DNA of 63,980 nucleotides, filler included, from Basidiobolus ranarum (Eukaryota): NCBI GenBank assembly GCA_040143965.1. It is 3 parts of 3 records of this genome, joined end to end, with 100 filler letters (N's around TTAATTAATTAA, not from the genome) between each part and the next. Parts side by side here need not be neighbours in the genome. Positions count along the whole stretch, not along the records: positions 23,044 to 45,877 come from JASJQH010000177.1; 2 more parts are not named here. One strand, 5' to 3'. Shown piece by piece: positions 26,159 to 38,516 of this stretch (position 1 is its first letter; each line of letters starts with the position of its first letter). The notes under the pieces were generated by a model. It saw only the letters and a program-made list of their open reading frames with translations, ran no database searches and was not told where the DNA came from. The position numbers and the translations under genes were made by a program.

Positions 26159-27519
26159 ATTAATTACGGTAGAGAATAGAGAATTCAATGGTCAAATTGC
26201 AAAGGAACGCTCAGGTGAGTTTATATAAGAAATTGGATTACGCAGAGTTGCTCAACCCCAAATAACATTGATTGGCTGCAGAGTTTGCCATTCAGCTCCA
26301 GCCACCAGGAGAATAGATTTTTTCAAATTAAATGTATTCAATAGACAGACTTAGGAACTCACACAAACTAGAACAAACGTGGCATGACCCCAAATATTAA
26401 AGCCAAGTCCGTATGTTGGCCGTGTTTTAAGCTTCGACTACCGAGCGTGCTACGAGAACAAACGTCAGATCTCTCGCCTTCCATTCCTTTTACATTCGTT
26501 TATAGCCTAGTTGAAATCACCCGAGATATCATCGCGAAGGCAGGGAACACATCGGAATGACGTCCTCTGAGTCATCCAATCCAATTTATCGTCTCGCAGA
26601 TTTCTCCCTCACCGACCTAATAAGGGAATCCATCGTGAGATGTAAAATCTAGTCTGGTTGGTTATTCTGTGGAACCTGTCCTTGTTTACTTCTTAGGTTG
26701 CTGAATTGGGTTTTCTTTTCTGCTCTCTTTTCTGCTCTCTTTCCTGCTCCTTCAAATTTATTATTACTCTTTTTTGCTATTAGCCAGTGATTGCTTTAAT
26801 TTGCCTATTTAAGCAAGAAAATAACCTTTTGAATTTAGGTTATCTACTCATTCTCTAGACATTGCTCTAGAGATGTCTAGTTAATGGGGAATGATTTTAG
26901 CTTAACAATTGATGAATTTGAAAAATAAGAAATTCAATACTGCTCTAACTGTAATCTAGCTGCTAAGACTACAAACTGGATGACGCAGTCCCGATTTTAC
27001 ATGTGAAGGCCTTAGTCATGTATTTTAGTTCTAATGAATTCAACAGGCCCAGGCATGAGTTTCAAAAGAAACAGTAAGCGATCGTGACATTCAAATTATC
27101 GAGTCTCACGAATTACCACTATTAACCATAGCATTTGCTTTCAAAACCTGCCCATTTATTATTCGCATTGTCTCTGGATTTCATTGCATTTCTTCTTTGT
27201 TGTAATTCTTTTACCTGTAAACTACCCACCCTTCTAGAGACGTGCCAATCATTCCTCTTTGTCTTGATTGTTGTGCGATTGCACCTGATCTGCTATTAAT
27301 ACTACTCATAAGACACCCACGTGAAAATTCCTTTGGGCCCCCACAGCAATTCACTGGTAGTTCTGCCTATTGAAGGGAAAGATAGTTACATAATTGCAAC
27401 GAGCTCACGTGGGATAGCGATGAAATATACCCAGCAGTCCGCCAGTTGAGATAATATTTAACCTGACATCTCCCCTTCTAGTTTCCATATCTTTGAACTA
27501 ATTCACTTTCCACTTCATA

Positions 27520-29219
27520 ATGAGTAAATCCTTCACCACACAAGACGTCCAGAAACACAACACCGAAAACGACTGTTGGATTATTGTTCATGGCCAGGTA
27601 TAGAAAGTTAATATAGCTAACGACTGTTGACAATGACTTACATGACCATGTATATAGGTCTACGATGTTAGCAACTTCCTTGCCGAACATCCAGGTGGTA
27701 AAAAGGTTAATTTACTTCTCTACATTGTTAAGAGGGAACCATCGTCATTAACACTACTGGATCGCAGGTTCTTATCCGTGTAGCTGGTACCGACGCTTCA
27801 AAACAATTCGACAACTTTCATAACAAAGCGATTCTTGACCAGTGGGGACCCAAACTATTGGTCGGAAGTGTAGGTGAAAAGGCATCTGTATCCGAAGAAA
27901 AGAGTTCTTCATCATCTGAAATGAATCCAGAGTATTTCGGAGAATTAGTACCATTTGGTGATCCATCATGGTATTATTCACCCAGTCCATACTACAATGA
28001 TAGTCATAAACGTTTGAGGGCAGCAGTTCGTGATTTTGTAGATAGAGAGATTATGCCCTTTGCCCATGAATGGGATGAAGCCAAGAAAATCCCTCAAGAA
28101 TTGTATATTAAACTCGCAAAAGCTGGAATTCTTGGTGGTGTAGTTGGACATCCTTATCCGTCTCAATACGCATGTACCAAGAATATTATTGGGGATGTAT
28201 CTCCGGAAGAATTCGACGCCTTCCATGAGTTTATCCTTTGTGATGAGATGGCCCGATGCGGCAGTGGCGGTGTCTTATGGGGTGTGATGGGTGGCTTAGG
28301 TATTGGTCTTCCACCTGTTCTCAACTTCGCCTCAGAGGAACTCAAGCAAAAAGTAGCCCCTGGCTGTTTATCTGGTGAGAAGTTTATCTGCCTTGCTATC
28401 ACTGAGCCTTATGCTGGTAGTGACGTAGCCAGTATTCATTGCGAAGCCAAACTCACTGACGATGGAGAGCACTACATTGTTAACGGAGAAAAGAAATGGA
28501 TTACCAACGGAGTTTGGGCCGATTATTTCACAGTTGCCGTTAGAACTGGGGGTGAAGGTATGGGTGGTGTATCACTCTTGTTAATTGAGCGATCGATGCC
28601 TGGTGTAACGACTAGACAGATGCTTTGCTCTGGAGTCTGGTGTTCGGGAACATCCTACATTACCTTTGAAGACGTTAAAGTTCCCAAGAGTAATCTAATT
28701 GGTAAAGAAAACAAGGGATTCAAGTATATCATGTACAATTTCAATCACGAACGTATGGGTATCGCCATTCAAGCATCTCGATTCTCTCGTGTTTGTCTGG
28801 AAGAATCTATCAAATATGCTAATAAGCGTAAAACTTTTGGCAAGAAATTGATCGACCATCCAGTGATTCGCGATAAATGCGCCAGAATGGCTGGTAAGAT
28901 TGAAGCAGTTCATGCATGGATGGAGTCTCTCATTAACATGACCCGAGAAATGCCTAAAGATATGCAAATGCTTGCCCTTGGCGGACCCATTGCCCTTCTA
29001 AAGGCACAGAGCACACAAACATTTGAATTCTGCGCCCGTGAGGCGGCTCAGATATTCGGTGGACTTTCATACAGTCGTGGCGGTCAGGGAGAGAAAATAG
29101 AGCGTCTGTATCGTGAGGTAAGAGCCTACGCCATTCCAGGTGGATCGGAGGAAATTATGCTGGATTTAGGTATGAGACAAAGTCTGAAAGTAGCCAAAGC
29201 ATTTGGGGCAAAGATGTAA
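27520..29219 (+). CDS. Cytochrome b5 domain fused to acyl-CoA dehydrogenase; exons 27520-27597, 27658-27705, 27768-29219
   Basis: N-terminal [23 protein letters not shown]..FDNFH (b5 heme His ligands), followed by ACAD motifs CLAITEPYAGSD, NGEKKWIT and IPGGSEEIM. Confidence 0.92.
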
Positions 29220-29634
29220 CCAAATCAAATGATATTTTAACATCAATCTTCTGTAAAAACCAAGCCAATGGAATAATACAACATCACCTCTTGATCTTTT
29301 CTATGACTGTATTGCTCATTTTTGCCAATAAACTTCAAATCACTCCAAATCACTACAACACAGAAGGCTCCCTAGATTCGCCCCAGATGCGCCTTTCGTA
29401 CACAGAGCCACCAAATGTTACCATCAGCTCTCTTGCAGCAGAGTCTAGGTCGAGCCAATATATTGTTTCACATATGGAAATCATTTCATCCGCATAATCA
29501 TTACGCACATGACATTCTGGTTCGTTCACGTGCCAATAGCAATCGATTCATTTATAAGGCTATGTTGGGTTGGATATGAAGCAAAACGTAGTCCAATTTC
29601 CACCCAATATTCCACACAATCCAATTCCCTCATT

Positions 29635-30162
29635 ATGAGCTTAGAAGCAGACTCAGCAATTCACGACCAAGTGGTGCACCAAGATGAAAGTACCACCGAG
29701 ACCAATCGAGTTATTCTCATACCAGTTGACGAGTCATCTAATAGTAAATACGCAATCCAGTGGTCCATCGAAAATTTCTTAAAGCCAAAGAGTGATATTG
29801 TGGTGCTAACTCATGTACGTCCACTCTATGTAAGTAGTGGCACTTTCGCCACTGGTTACATAGACATGGGTAGCTACGCTACTACCATTGAAGACCAATA
29901 CCGTGAGGGTAGTCACAAATTACTTAAAGAATATGCCCACGTCTTGAAAGAGAAGGATATACTCTGCAAGGCTATAGCTATGCGTGGTGACGCTCGCGAG
30001 GAGATTTTACGCAAAGCAGTTGAAATAAAGGCTGATATGGTAATCATGGGATCTCGTGGCCTGGGAACTCTCAAGAGAGCACTCTTGGGTAGTGTCAGTG
30101 ACTATTGTGCCCACAATCTACCTATGCCAATAGTCATTGTGAAGGAGAAAGAGAGACATTAA
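29635..30162 (+). CDS. Universal stress protein A-like protein
   Basis: Motifs RVILIPVDES, GDAREEI and MGSRGLGTLKRALLGSVSDYC. Confidence 0.92.
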   Translation: MSLEADSAIHDQVVHQDESTTETNRVILIPVDESSNSKYAIQWSIENFLKPKSDIVVLTHVRPLYVSSGTFATGYIDMGSYATTIEDQYREGSHKLLKEYAHVLKEKDILCKAIAMRGDAREEILRKAVEIKADMVIMGSRGLGTLKRALLGSVSDYCAHNLPMPIVIVKEKERH

Positions 30163-30673
30163 ACCAGACCCTATTTCATCGACTCTGCCAATGGTTTACC
30201 TAGCAAAACGAATATAACCCTTGTAATTGAGCATTTTTGTAAACTTGCCTCCCCAATAAACGCTAATACTTATTCTTACTGGATTTAATAATGCTCTTGC
30301 AATACGTTTTACAGCATTGACAAAGCTTTGAAGACTTCTCAGCTATACATCCCACAAGACAATGCTTTTTTTGGGAGAATAACAAGCATTTGTCATAAGG
30401 TAAATTATGTATGGAAATGTGACATCTTTATATTCATTACTAAAGGTTCTGCCTTGAAATGAAGAAGGAATGGTGAGGAAAGTAGGGGAAAGTATGAACA
30501 AAGCCGGAGGATCTCCTAGAATAACTAAAGCAAGTTTCGGCATTTTCTATGAATGTACTATTTAAAATAGGATGTAGTAGGGGGTTGCAGCGTGCTCCAG
30601 TTTAATGGCGATGTGGAGGATCAAAATCAAAGCAATATTTAGTGGGGATATCAAGACTGGTAAAGTATCCAAT

Positions 30674-32226
30674 TTAACAAAACTAGATGAAGATGCGAAT
30701 TGTGAGCTGATGTTTGGATTAAGTGATGAATAATAAAATCAGTCTTACCTTCCACTTGTTTTCGCATATTGTGCAGGTGACGAAGGTAGTCATCGGCTCA
30801 TCAGCAGATCTAGTTTGCATTTGGAAGTAAGTACATTTTCTACCACCACATTTACCACATTTAAAGGCATCTGTCTCTGCTGCAGTGGGACCAGCACCGC
30901 GAGTTTTGAACAAATTCTCCTCATGAATTGCTCGGTCCTGGGCTTTTCTCTCCTCCGAAGCCATATCAGCAGTGGACATGGAGCACAACCGCTCAACAGA
31001 GACCTCACCGGTCAAAACACTAGCTCTTAGACTAGGGTTGTTGCGATCTTTCAAGTTCAAATAGAGAGATCTCATCTTTGCTTTATATTTGGAATCAACG
31101 GTTTCAAAATCACCAAATATTTTATGCTCCACATTGGTGGCTTTCGCACTAATGACTTCCGAATCTATAAAATAGGATTGTTAGCATATGAGATTGAGTA
31201 AACGAACAAACCAATTAGAAAGGATACTAACCTGCGTCACTGTTGGTCGCAAGTGCGGCATAAATCATCTCGGCACACTTATCTCTAACTTTGTTTCCAG
31301 TAGATTTAAGAGTAACTCTATCCGTTGCTACTGTTCTCTCTTTGTCGTCTTTGGGAGTTTTGGGGCTAGAAGATCTTTTAGGAGCTGGAGTAGAAGCAAC
31401 TGGTTTGGTAATAACTACGAAGAGTCAAAATTGATTAATATCGCTTATCATACCAATGGGAGAAGATTTACTCGAATAATAATGAAAAGAAATACTTACT
31501 TTTGGGTCCCTCTTCCATCGATTTCTTTTGGATGGGAGACGTGGGTTTGACCGACTTTTCTTGCTTACTCTTGTTTACAACATCATCCTTCCATTTTCTA
31601 ACAACTTCTTTGGCGACTTTAGAAACCTCATTGTTAGGATTACTTCTCAACTTTCCAACAAACAGCCCGATCTCTGTTTTCTATCACGTTAGAAGAACGG
31701 AGAAAAGTCAGAAATCTTGGTAATAATCCGAGGTAATGGATAATAAAAGGGAAATACCTTTAAAAGATCTTCGTTTGCAGGGATTTTTTTGAGGTTATGT
31801 AGAAGATCGGTAGCGACCTATTGAGTGAAATTCCAAAGAGCAACAGTTAGTAATATTATAAGGGTAGAACATTGATAAAAGAGATTTCTCTCATATTCTA
31901 CCACCATATCTCGACTATTCTTTACCTTGGCACCCCTAGTTCGCGTAGAATACAGACTTCTACCTGGGGTACAAAAATTAAAGTTCGTAAAAAAGAACTA
32001 TTGATAGTTTATATGGTGCTGGCTAACTTGGTTCAACGAGCAAGGAACACTTCCTCGTAGTGAACGAACTCTTTAAGCACACTCTTTACCAAGAAATTGC
32101 AAGAAGGTGGCGAATAATAAGAAATCGTAAAGTTAAAAACTAAGTCTATCTTACCGAAAAATTGGACGTTTCCATAGCCCTCTTCAAGTTTTTCTTAAGT
32201 TCCAAAACTTCGTCGAATAGTCCCAT
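30674..32226 (-). CDS. DST1: Transcription elongation factor TFIIS (6 exons; last coding exon is 9 nt, 30682-30674)
   Basis: Motifs KYKAKMRSLYLNLKD, CGKCGGRKC and QMQTRSADEPMTTFVTCTICENKWK|FC. Confidence 0.95.
31926..32076 (-). ncRNA. Putative structured RNA element in TFIIS intron 1
   Basis: Nested stems, an AATTTTTG (Sm-site-like) motif and a GC-rich hairpin, all inside a 337-nt intron. Confidence 0.35.
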
Positions 32227-32608
32227 GTTTGAAATGCTTCAAGTTTAACACAGTAGAAAGAATGAGGAAAAACTAATGAGCGACACGCGTAAAATAACGT
32301 AAATATCAAGTACGTGCTGAAAACCCCGAATTCAATCAAAAGGGATGAAGGGGGAAAATGAATCCTAATGGAGCATTTATTTATAGTAGGCCCGATGATC
32401 TCCGGTAGAATTTAGCTCGAGGTTTATTTAAATATTGTGATACCAGGTAATATGATTTTTTTCAACCCTGAGTTGAGGCATTGAAACATGCTCTATTCAA
32501 TTAAGATATACTACAGAAGCAACAGAAATAACTCGCAAAGATTCAGTGTATATGGTTATAAGAAAAAACGAAAAATAGTTTCTTCGAGTTTATTCAAAGT
32601 AGCTGAGC

Positions 32609-32986
32609 TTAGATCTCGGCAACAGTGAGGGAAGGGGGAAGAGATTGCTTGAGCTTCTCGGCCTTTTCAAGGTCAGCAACAACAAGGGTATAAAGATACT
32701 TGGAGCATCTAATCTTGAACTTTACTTCAGCACCGTTCTTCTTGATACGGGCGGACTTGGCGTCCTTACGGCGAGCGATTTCAAGGAAGTTCTTGATGTC
32801 TTGGACTTGCTTAGGCTATACAAAGGAAAGGGTGACATTAGTTTTCCATTATAAATATCGCAAACTTAGAATATCCTCAAAGCTATCAATATCCATCCAT
32901 CCTCATAGTCACGTTGAAAGAGTAGACTGGAAGAGGTAGGACTAGGTACAAGTAGACAGTAAACGTAAGAGAATGATGCTAACCAT
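32609..32986 (-). CDS. RPL38: 60S ribosomal protein eL38; ATG-only first exon 32986-32984, exon 2 32815-32609
   Basis: [48 protein letters not shown]. Confidence 0.95.
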
Positions 32987-33358
32987 ATTAAAGAACGGCC
33001 AAATAGGTCGATATGTCAAAAGAGAGAGCTTCTTTACCGTTTGTCCTCAACTTTTATTGTTCCTTAACCCCCTCCTCATGATTCGTTTATCTAAATAAAT
33101 TTGCCTATAAAAGCGACCAATTACAATCATCTTAGAGTCAATCTCATGATGGATAATTTTTTAGCATACTTAGTAATAGTGATCCAACGATTCATAGATA
33201 TGATTTAGGTCAAGTAGGCAAGTAGGGTCAAGTAAAAGACTAAGTCAATATTTATTGTTCAGGGGATAAGAGAAGGAGGGACATCTATATTCAAATTGTC
33301 CATACATTAAATGATGCTAGATGCACTAGGTGTAATGGTATTAAGGTCACAAACACGT

Positions 33359-34111
33359 CTATTTAAGGAATACGGCTTCGTTGTTGATTGACAAAATAAG
33401 CTACCATCATTAAGAATTGGAAGAAAGTTAGAGTTGATGAAGAGCGGCCGATGTAAACGAAAATAAACTTACGAATTCTTCAAACTTCTTCTCAATCTCG
33501 CTTTTATCAAGTTTGCACTCCGGATGCTTGCTGAATTTCTTGACAACCTTCTTACGAAGAGTCTTTAGGGGTAAATCGTTCTCTTTTTCGAGAACGCTTT
33601 GAATAGCCAACTTGACAGTCTTGGAGTAATCGGAATCGAGTTTCTTCTCATCCCACTTGCCCTCGGAACTATCGTCCTTTTTGGCCTTCTTCTTGGAAGA
33701 CTCTTTTTCTTTCTTCTCTTCTTTACGTTTTTTGGGGGTTTCAGCTACAGGCTCTTTCTTATCATCGGCTACTTTCTTCAAGTCAGCGACGATGGTTGCA
33801 GGTTGAGCAGCGGGCTTGGGGGTGGTGGGTGTTTGGGGCTTATTACCACCCTTCTTTCCCTTGAATAATCCCTTTTCGTATTTTTCAGCTTCAGTGATAC
33901 ATGCTGTATGTTGACGATATTCAGTTCCTTGGAATGACACGTAGCAGTCAATGCAAGAGTATGAAGCGTTATAACAACGATTGAAATGGGAGTCAAGTTT
34001 ATTTTTCTTGAGAGTTTCCTGACAGCAATCACAGACTAGAGTAAAGACATTAGTAAATCTGAATTGGACATTTGTTATCGTATATCTGTATTACTTACCA
34101 AAAGAGACCAT
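33359..34111 (-). CDS. LYAR: LYAR-type C2HC zinc-finger nucleolar protein (3 exons)
   Basis: MVSFVCDCCQETLKK..H..C..CIDC..F.G.EYRQHTACITEAEKY, followed by a Lys-rich C-terminus. Confidence 0.9.
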
Positions 34112-34523
34112 CTTTAATACAAAGTCAAAGGGCAGTTATCAAGCACTGATACTTTACTCTTAACTTTACATTGATTACATTAACCAATATACTGAACTTA
34201 TTTTTTTTTCTGTCGGACAGCGCTTTTTTTCAATCACAAAAAACGCAAAGTTTCGTTCAATGACTTCTAGATTATCAAAGTTAGATATCCCATACCAATA
34301 ATCCCAATCCAAAATATTCCAGAATAGATTATGACAATTAGCGGAAGTTTACCAAGAGAATGAGACATATTCACACATTCAGGATATCGTTAAATTCCCA
34401 TTTCAAGACGCATTATGTTTTTTTTCAACTCATCAATCGATTCATGATGGCTTAATTTATTATTCAATGAAAAGCTCACCAGCTCTTTTCTGAGTATCAC
34501 TACTTTTGAATACTACAATAGAC

Positions 34524-36293
34524 ATGGCCACCACTGGAAAACTTTGTCAAGGGATTGATTGTGAGAAACCAGCCAAACTTCAATGTCCCACTTGCCTCAA
34601 ACTCAGCATTGAAGATTCCTTCTTTTGTTCCCAAGAATGTTTCAAGAAGAACTGGCCAACTCATAAGGCAATCCACAAGATGGGTAACCAAGGTATTTCA
34701 GCTTGACTAGTTATAGCTGTCTTATTGCTTTACCTAACCAATTTAATGTAGCTGAAACCACCAATCCTTGGCCTGGACACCGTTATACTGGAAAATTAAG
34801 ACCACATTATCCATTGACACCTAAACGCGAGGTTCCCGCAACTATCCAAAGACCAGACTATGCTGATAAATTGGATGGTATTGTTTAACATATGAAATTA
34901 GAGTCTTTAGATGGATTCAACTAAGCACACTTAACCTAGGTGCACCTGGTTATGGCCCTGGCGGTTGGGCTTCCACCAAGATTTCTCCCATGACTGATCC
35001 AACCGACCTTAAGAACATGAAGCTCGTCTGCAAAGTATGGATTTATTCAAAATACTTGACTTGGAATCCTAGGCTTACATTATTGATTATTCCATAGCTT
35101 GCCCGTGAGGTATTGGATATTGCTGGTAGAGCTGTCAGACCTGGTATCACTACTGATGAAATCGGTGGGTTTTGAACCATTTAAATATGGATGACCGACT
35201 TGAAGAAAACTAACCAAACTCTGATAGATCAAATTGTTCACGACGCTTGTATCGAACGTAATTCCTATCCTTCTACATTGAACTACCATAGATACCCCAA
35301 ATCTTGCTGCACGTGAGTATTTAGTACTTAGAATTTGCTTCCAAGATGAAATTGACCATTTGTATATATTAGTTCTATCAATGAAGTTATTTGTCACGGT
35401 ATTCCCGATCGTCGTCCTTTGGAAGATGGTGATATTGTCAATATTGATGTCACCCTTTACCACAATGGCTTCCACGGTGACTTAAACGAGACATATTTCG
35501 TTGGCAATGTTGACGAAAAGGGTCAAAGACTGGTTAAGGTCACCATGGAGTGCTTGGAGAAAGCCATTGCTATTGGTATGTAGACTGTCACACTGAAGTG
35601 TATTGAGAATTATTGCTAAATTTCATTTACTGCTTGTCATTTACTGCTTGATTAGCCAAACCTGGTACCCTCTATCGTGATGTCGGTGCGGTTATTGACA
35701 AACATGCCAGAAGCAACGGGTTCTCTGTAGTCAGAACTTATTGTGGTCACGGTATCAATAGGTAAGCACTTGTCTTGATTCCTAACATGCAAATATGCTA
35801 ACCAATGGATTACCACTTGTTTAGATTCTTCCATTGCGCACCCAATGTTCCACATTATGCCAGTAAGCATACCTTGATCTGTTCAGTGCTAAGATGACCA
35901 ACACTAACCCTCCACTTCTCATAGAAAACAAGGCAGTTGGTGTCATGAAGCCCGGACATACATTTACCATTGAGCCAATGATTTCAGAAGGTGGCCTTCA
36001 TTTGCTTACCCACTTTCTTCCCGATAACATGTGCTAATCTTTGTTTGATACGTACTAGGTGTTTGGCAAGATGAGCAATGGCCTGATGAGTGGACTGCTG
36101 TTACCGCTGATGGCAAGCGTTCAGCCCAGTTTGAACAAACATTACTCATCACTGAGACTGGATGCGAGATCTTGTAAGTTTTCTAAATAATCAAGTTTAC
36201 TTTCTCCACTGGCATTAACCAACATAATCCATTGAATCTAGGACTCGTCGTTTACCCGATTCCCCCTTCTCAGTTCCAACTATCCTTCAATAA
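34524..36293 (+). CDS. MAP1: Methionine aminopeptidase 1 (many short introns)
   Basis: N-terminal zinc finger [22 protein letters not shown], plus [33 protein letters not shown] and SAQFEQT. Confidence 0.95.
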
Positions 36294-36599
36294 TTTCTTC
36301 TACATTATTGATACTCTGATATGATTCTGAAATGCTCAATACAATGAATGGAATAAATTAGAGATTTTACATAGTTGAAGATATTTGTACTTTCATATAC
36401 ATGTTTAGTCTATGCTAATTTCAATGGAGTATTCATCAATATATAGAAAAGACTGCATTTGAGAGAATGTCTCGGTACACATACCGAGGGGCTAAGAAGG
36501 GAAACTGAGTGGATATGATCAAAAACATATATTTGGATTTAAATGTACTGCATTTAATTTCTTTTTAGATATATACAAGAAATCTGTGAAATATGATTA

Positions 36600-37150
36600 A
36601 GTAACCCCTGTACAGAAAGGTAAAGTCACTTAGAGTGTTATGGAACAATTAGCAGTACAAAATAAATATGGTGCAAGTGTGAGTAGCAAAATATCCACTT
36701 TGCTTTCCACACCAGCAGAATATTGAGCTTATCACACATCTGGACAACAAATTGTTACAGATGGCATCAGTCGGTCACATAACTGCCTGTATTGAAATAG
36801 AATCTTGTAGTTCATTTATTAACACTGAAAAGTTTCCATAAAAACACTTTTTTTACATTGAAGCTTGTTTGATTGGATGTAACTTCATTGCATGAGAATG
36901 CCAGACAAATAGTATCTTGCAAATCTCACTTCAATCATAGAATAGTTATAGAAGCTGTATGATCATGAGCAAGGAGTAGTAGACATGCTGGAAAGGATTG
37001 CCAAAAAACTCCATAATATCAAATCAATAAGTATGCTTATATAGAGTGTAGCCTTTTGTGACCAAATACAGAGTACATGAGTGAAATCCTAGGTGTATTA
37101 TTAAAGTTACTGGTATTCAGTGAGCATTGAGGAGCAAGCTTTGATGCTTT
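36600..37150 (+). mobile_element. Degenerate Ty3/gypsy pol relic (RNase H end and integrase zinc finger)
   Basis: Nearly CpG-free. YHTSGQQIVTDGISR (36730-36774) resembles Y.PG..N.VADALSR, SRHAGKD (~36978-36998) resembles GH.G..KT, and these are followed by INKY..C..LGVLLKLL. Confidence 0.35.
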
Positions 37151-38516
37151 TGTCTAAAGGGCAAAATATCATCAGCCAAGAATTGATTTGGATCGAAATG
37201 TGGTAGTAAATGACTATTCTTCAATATCACTTTCTTTTGATAAATATTGAAGATGTCCCTGCTGAGTCATTTTATTTTAATTGAATGGGTACCAATATAT
37301 TTTCTTGTGTATCGGCTTTTATTTGTCATCCTATATTTCTTCAACTCCATAAATCGACAGACACATTTGCTACTATTATGGCTATTTTAATATATATATA
37401 TCGGTTAAGCTCCGTAGCATTGGCTTAATAACAATATTCATACCGTGACAATGATGAAATAAGTTACTCTGGTGCAAAATAGCGATACTGAGAAACTCCA
37501 GATAAATATTATTGAAATGGGTACTAACCCTAAGTAATCTAACCCAACCCTAACTCTTAATGCCAACAGCTGATAGATACAAGCTTAGATGCGGACGAGT
37601 TCAGAATAGGCTAGCCATGATAGATCTGTCGCATTTACCATGAAGGGGAATTTAGCCGTTCTCAGAGAAAATAATCTCCAGTTTATTCCGGTACAACAGT
37701 AACCATCACCAATATCATGGGCCATCCTTGAACCAATCTACCTGCCAAACTTGGGGGCAGAGAAAGATCTCTCTGACGACGTAATACATAATTCAACCGG
37801 CTCAAACGGTGGGAAATCTTCCAGACAACACGACTTGGGTGAGAAACATCCACCGTGGAAAAAGAGTTAAACAAGAAACTGCTTTGGTACTCCAACGGGG
37901 AGATGAGGATCCTAAGAAGATTGTTACTCCAGAGAAACATTTTAAATGGTTGCTCCTAAGAACCTCTTAATTTAGAAGGTGAAGTAACGGCTGTACCAAT
38001 TTCTAGGAAAGCGATGCGTTTTGGGCTTCTTCGTTTTGGGCTTCTGGGCGACAAAAAGGAATTTCAAGCAGATTTGGACAAATAGGTGGAGTTTCAGGTA
38101 TAGATGCCAGCTTCAGATCATAATCAACCCACTTGAATCAGCCTGTGGGGTACACAGACTTTTTTCATGATAATCATGTCCGTTTTCCGCCATACTTTCC
38201 CACCTACCTCTAAGGCGCGGGCAAGTAAAATCTTGTTATCTAAATCATCTAGAAAGGTGCGTGTATCTTCACCCGACAATCCAATATAATCTTTTATATT
38301 TATATATGCCTTTTATATTCATCTTATTCTATTTCTACGGTGCCTATTCCGGGAGAGTACGAGTACGACAAGAATTAAGACAAAAAGAACACTGTCTTAA
38401 TCAAGCTGTGCCACACCAAGCACCGTGGCTTGTGTATCCTGTAGATAAATATAAATTAGTCAAGCTCCGACCAACTACTCTTCACTATTCCCTACAAATC
38501 CTTGTAAACTGGAAAA

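Noticed and set aside
26558-26574. TGACGT plus TGAGTCA (CRE/Gcn4-like) sites upstream of AAT2
   Set aside because: TGASTCA occurs many times in the window, including in 3' and coding regions, so it cannot be distinguished from chance.
31218-31231. U12-type donor-like GTATCCTT 4 nt inside a TFIIS intron (minus strand) and an HRD3 intron (~44358)
   Set aside because: The reading frames require the upstream canonical GTTAGT/GTAAGT donors and no U12 branch site was seen. I found no convincing minor intron in the window.
37451-37573. ATGATGA..CTGA pattern suggesting a box C/D snoRNA
   Set aside because: No terminal stem or recognisable rRNA-complementary guide.
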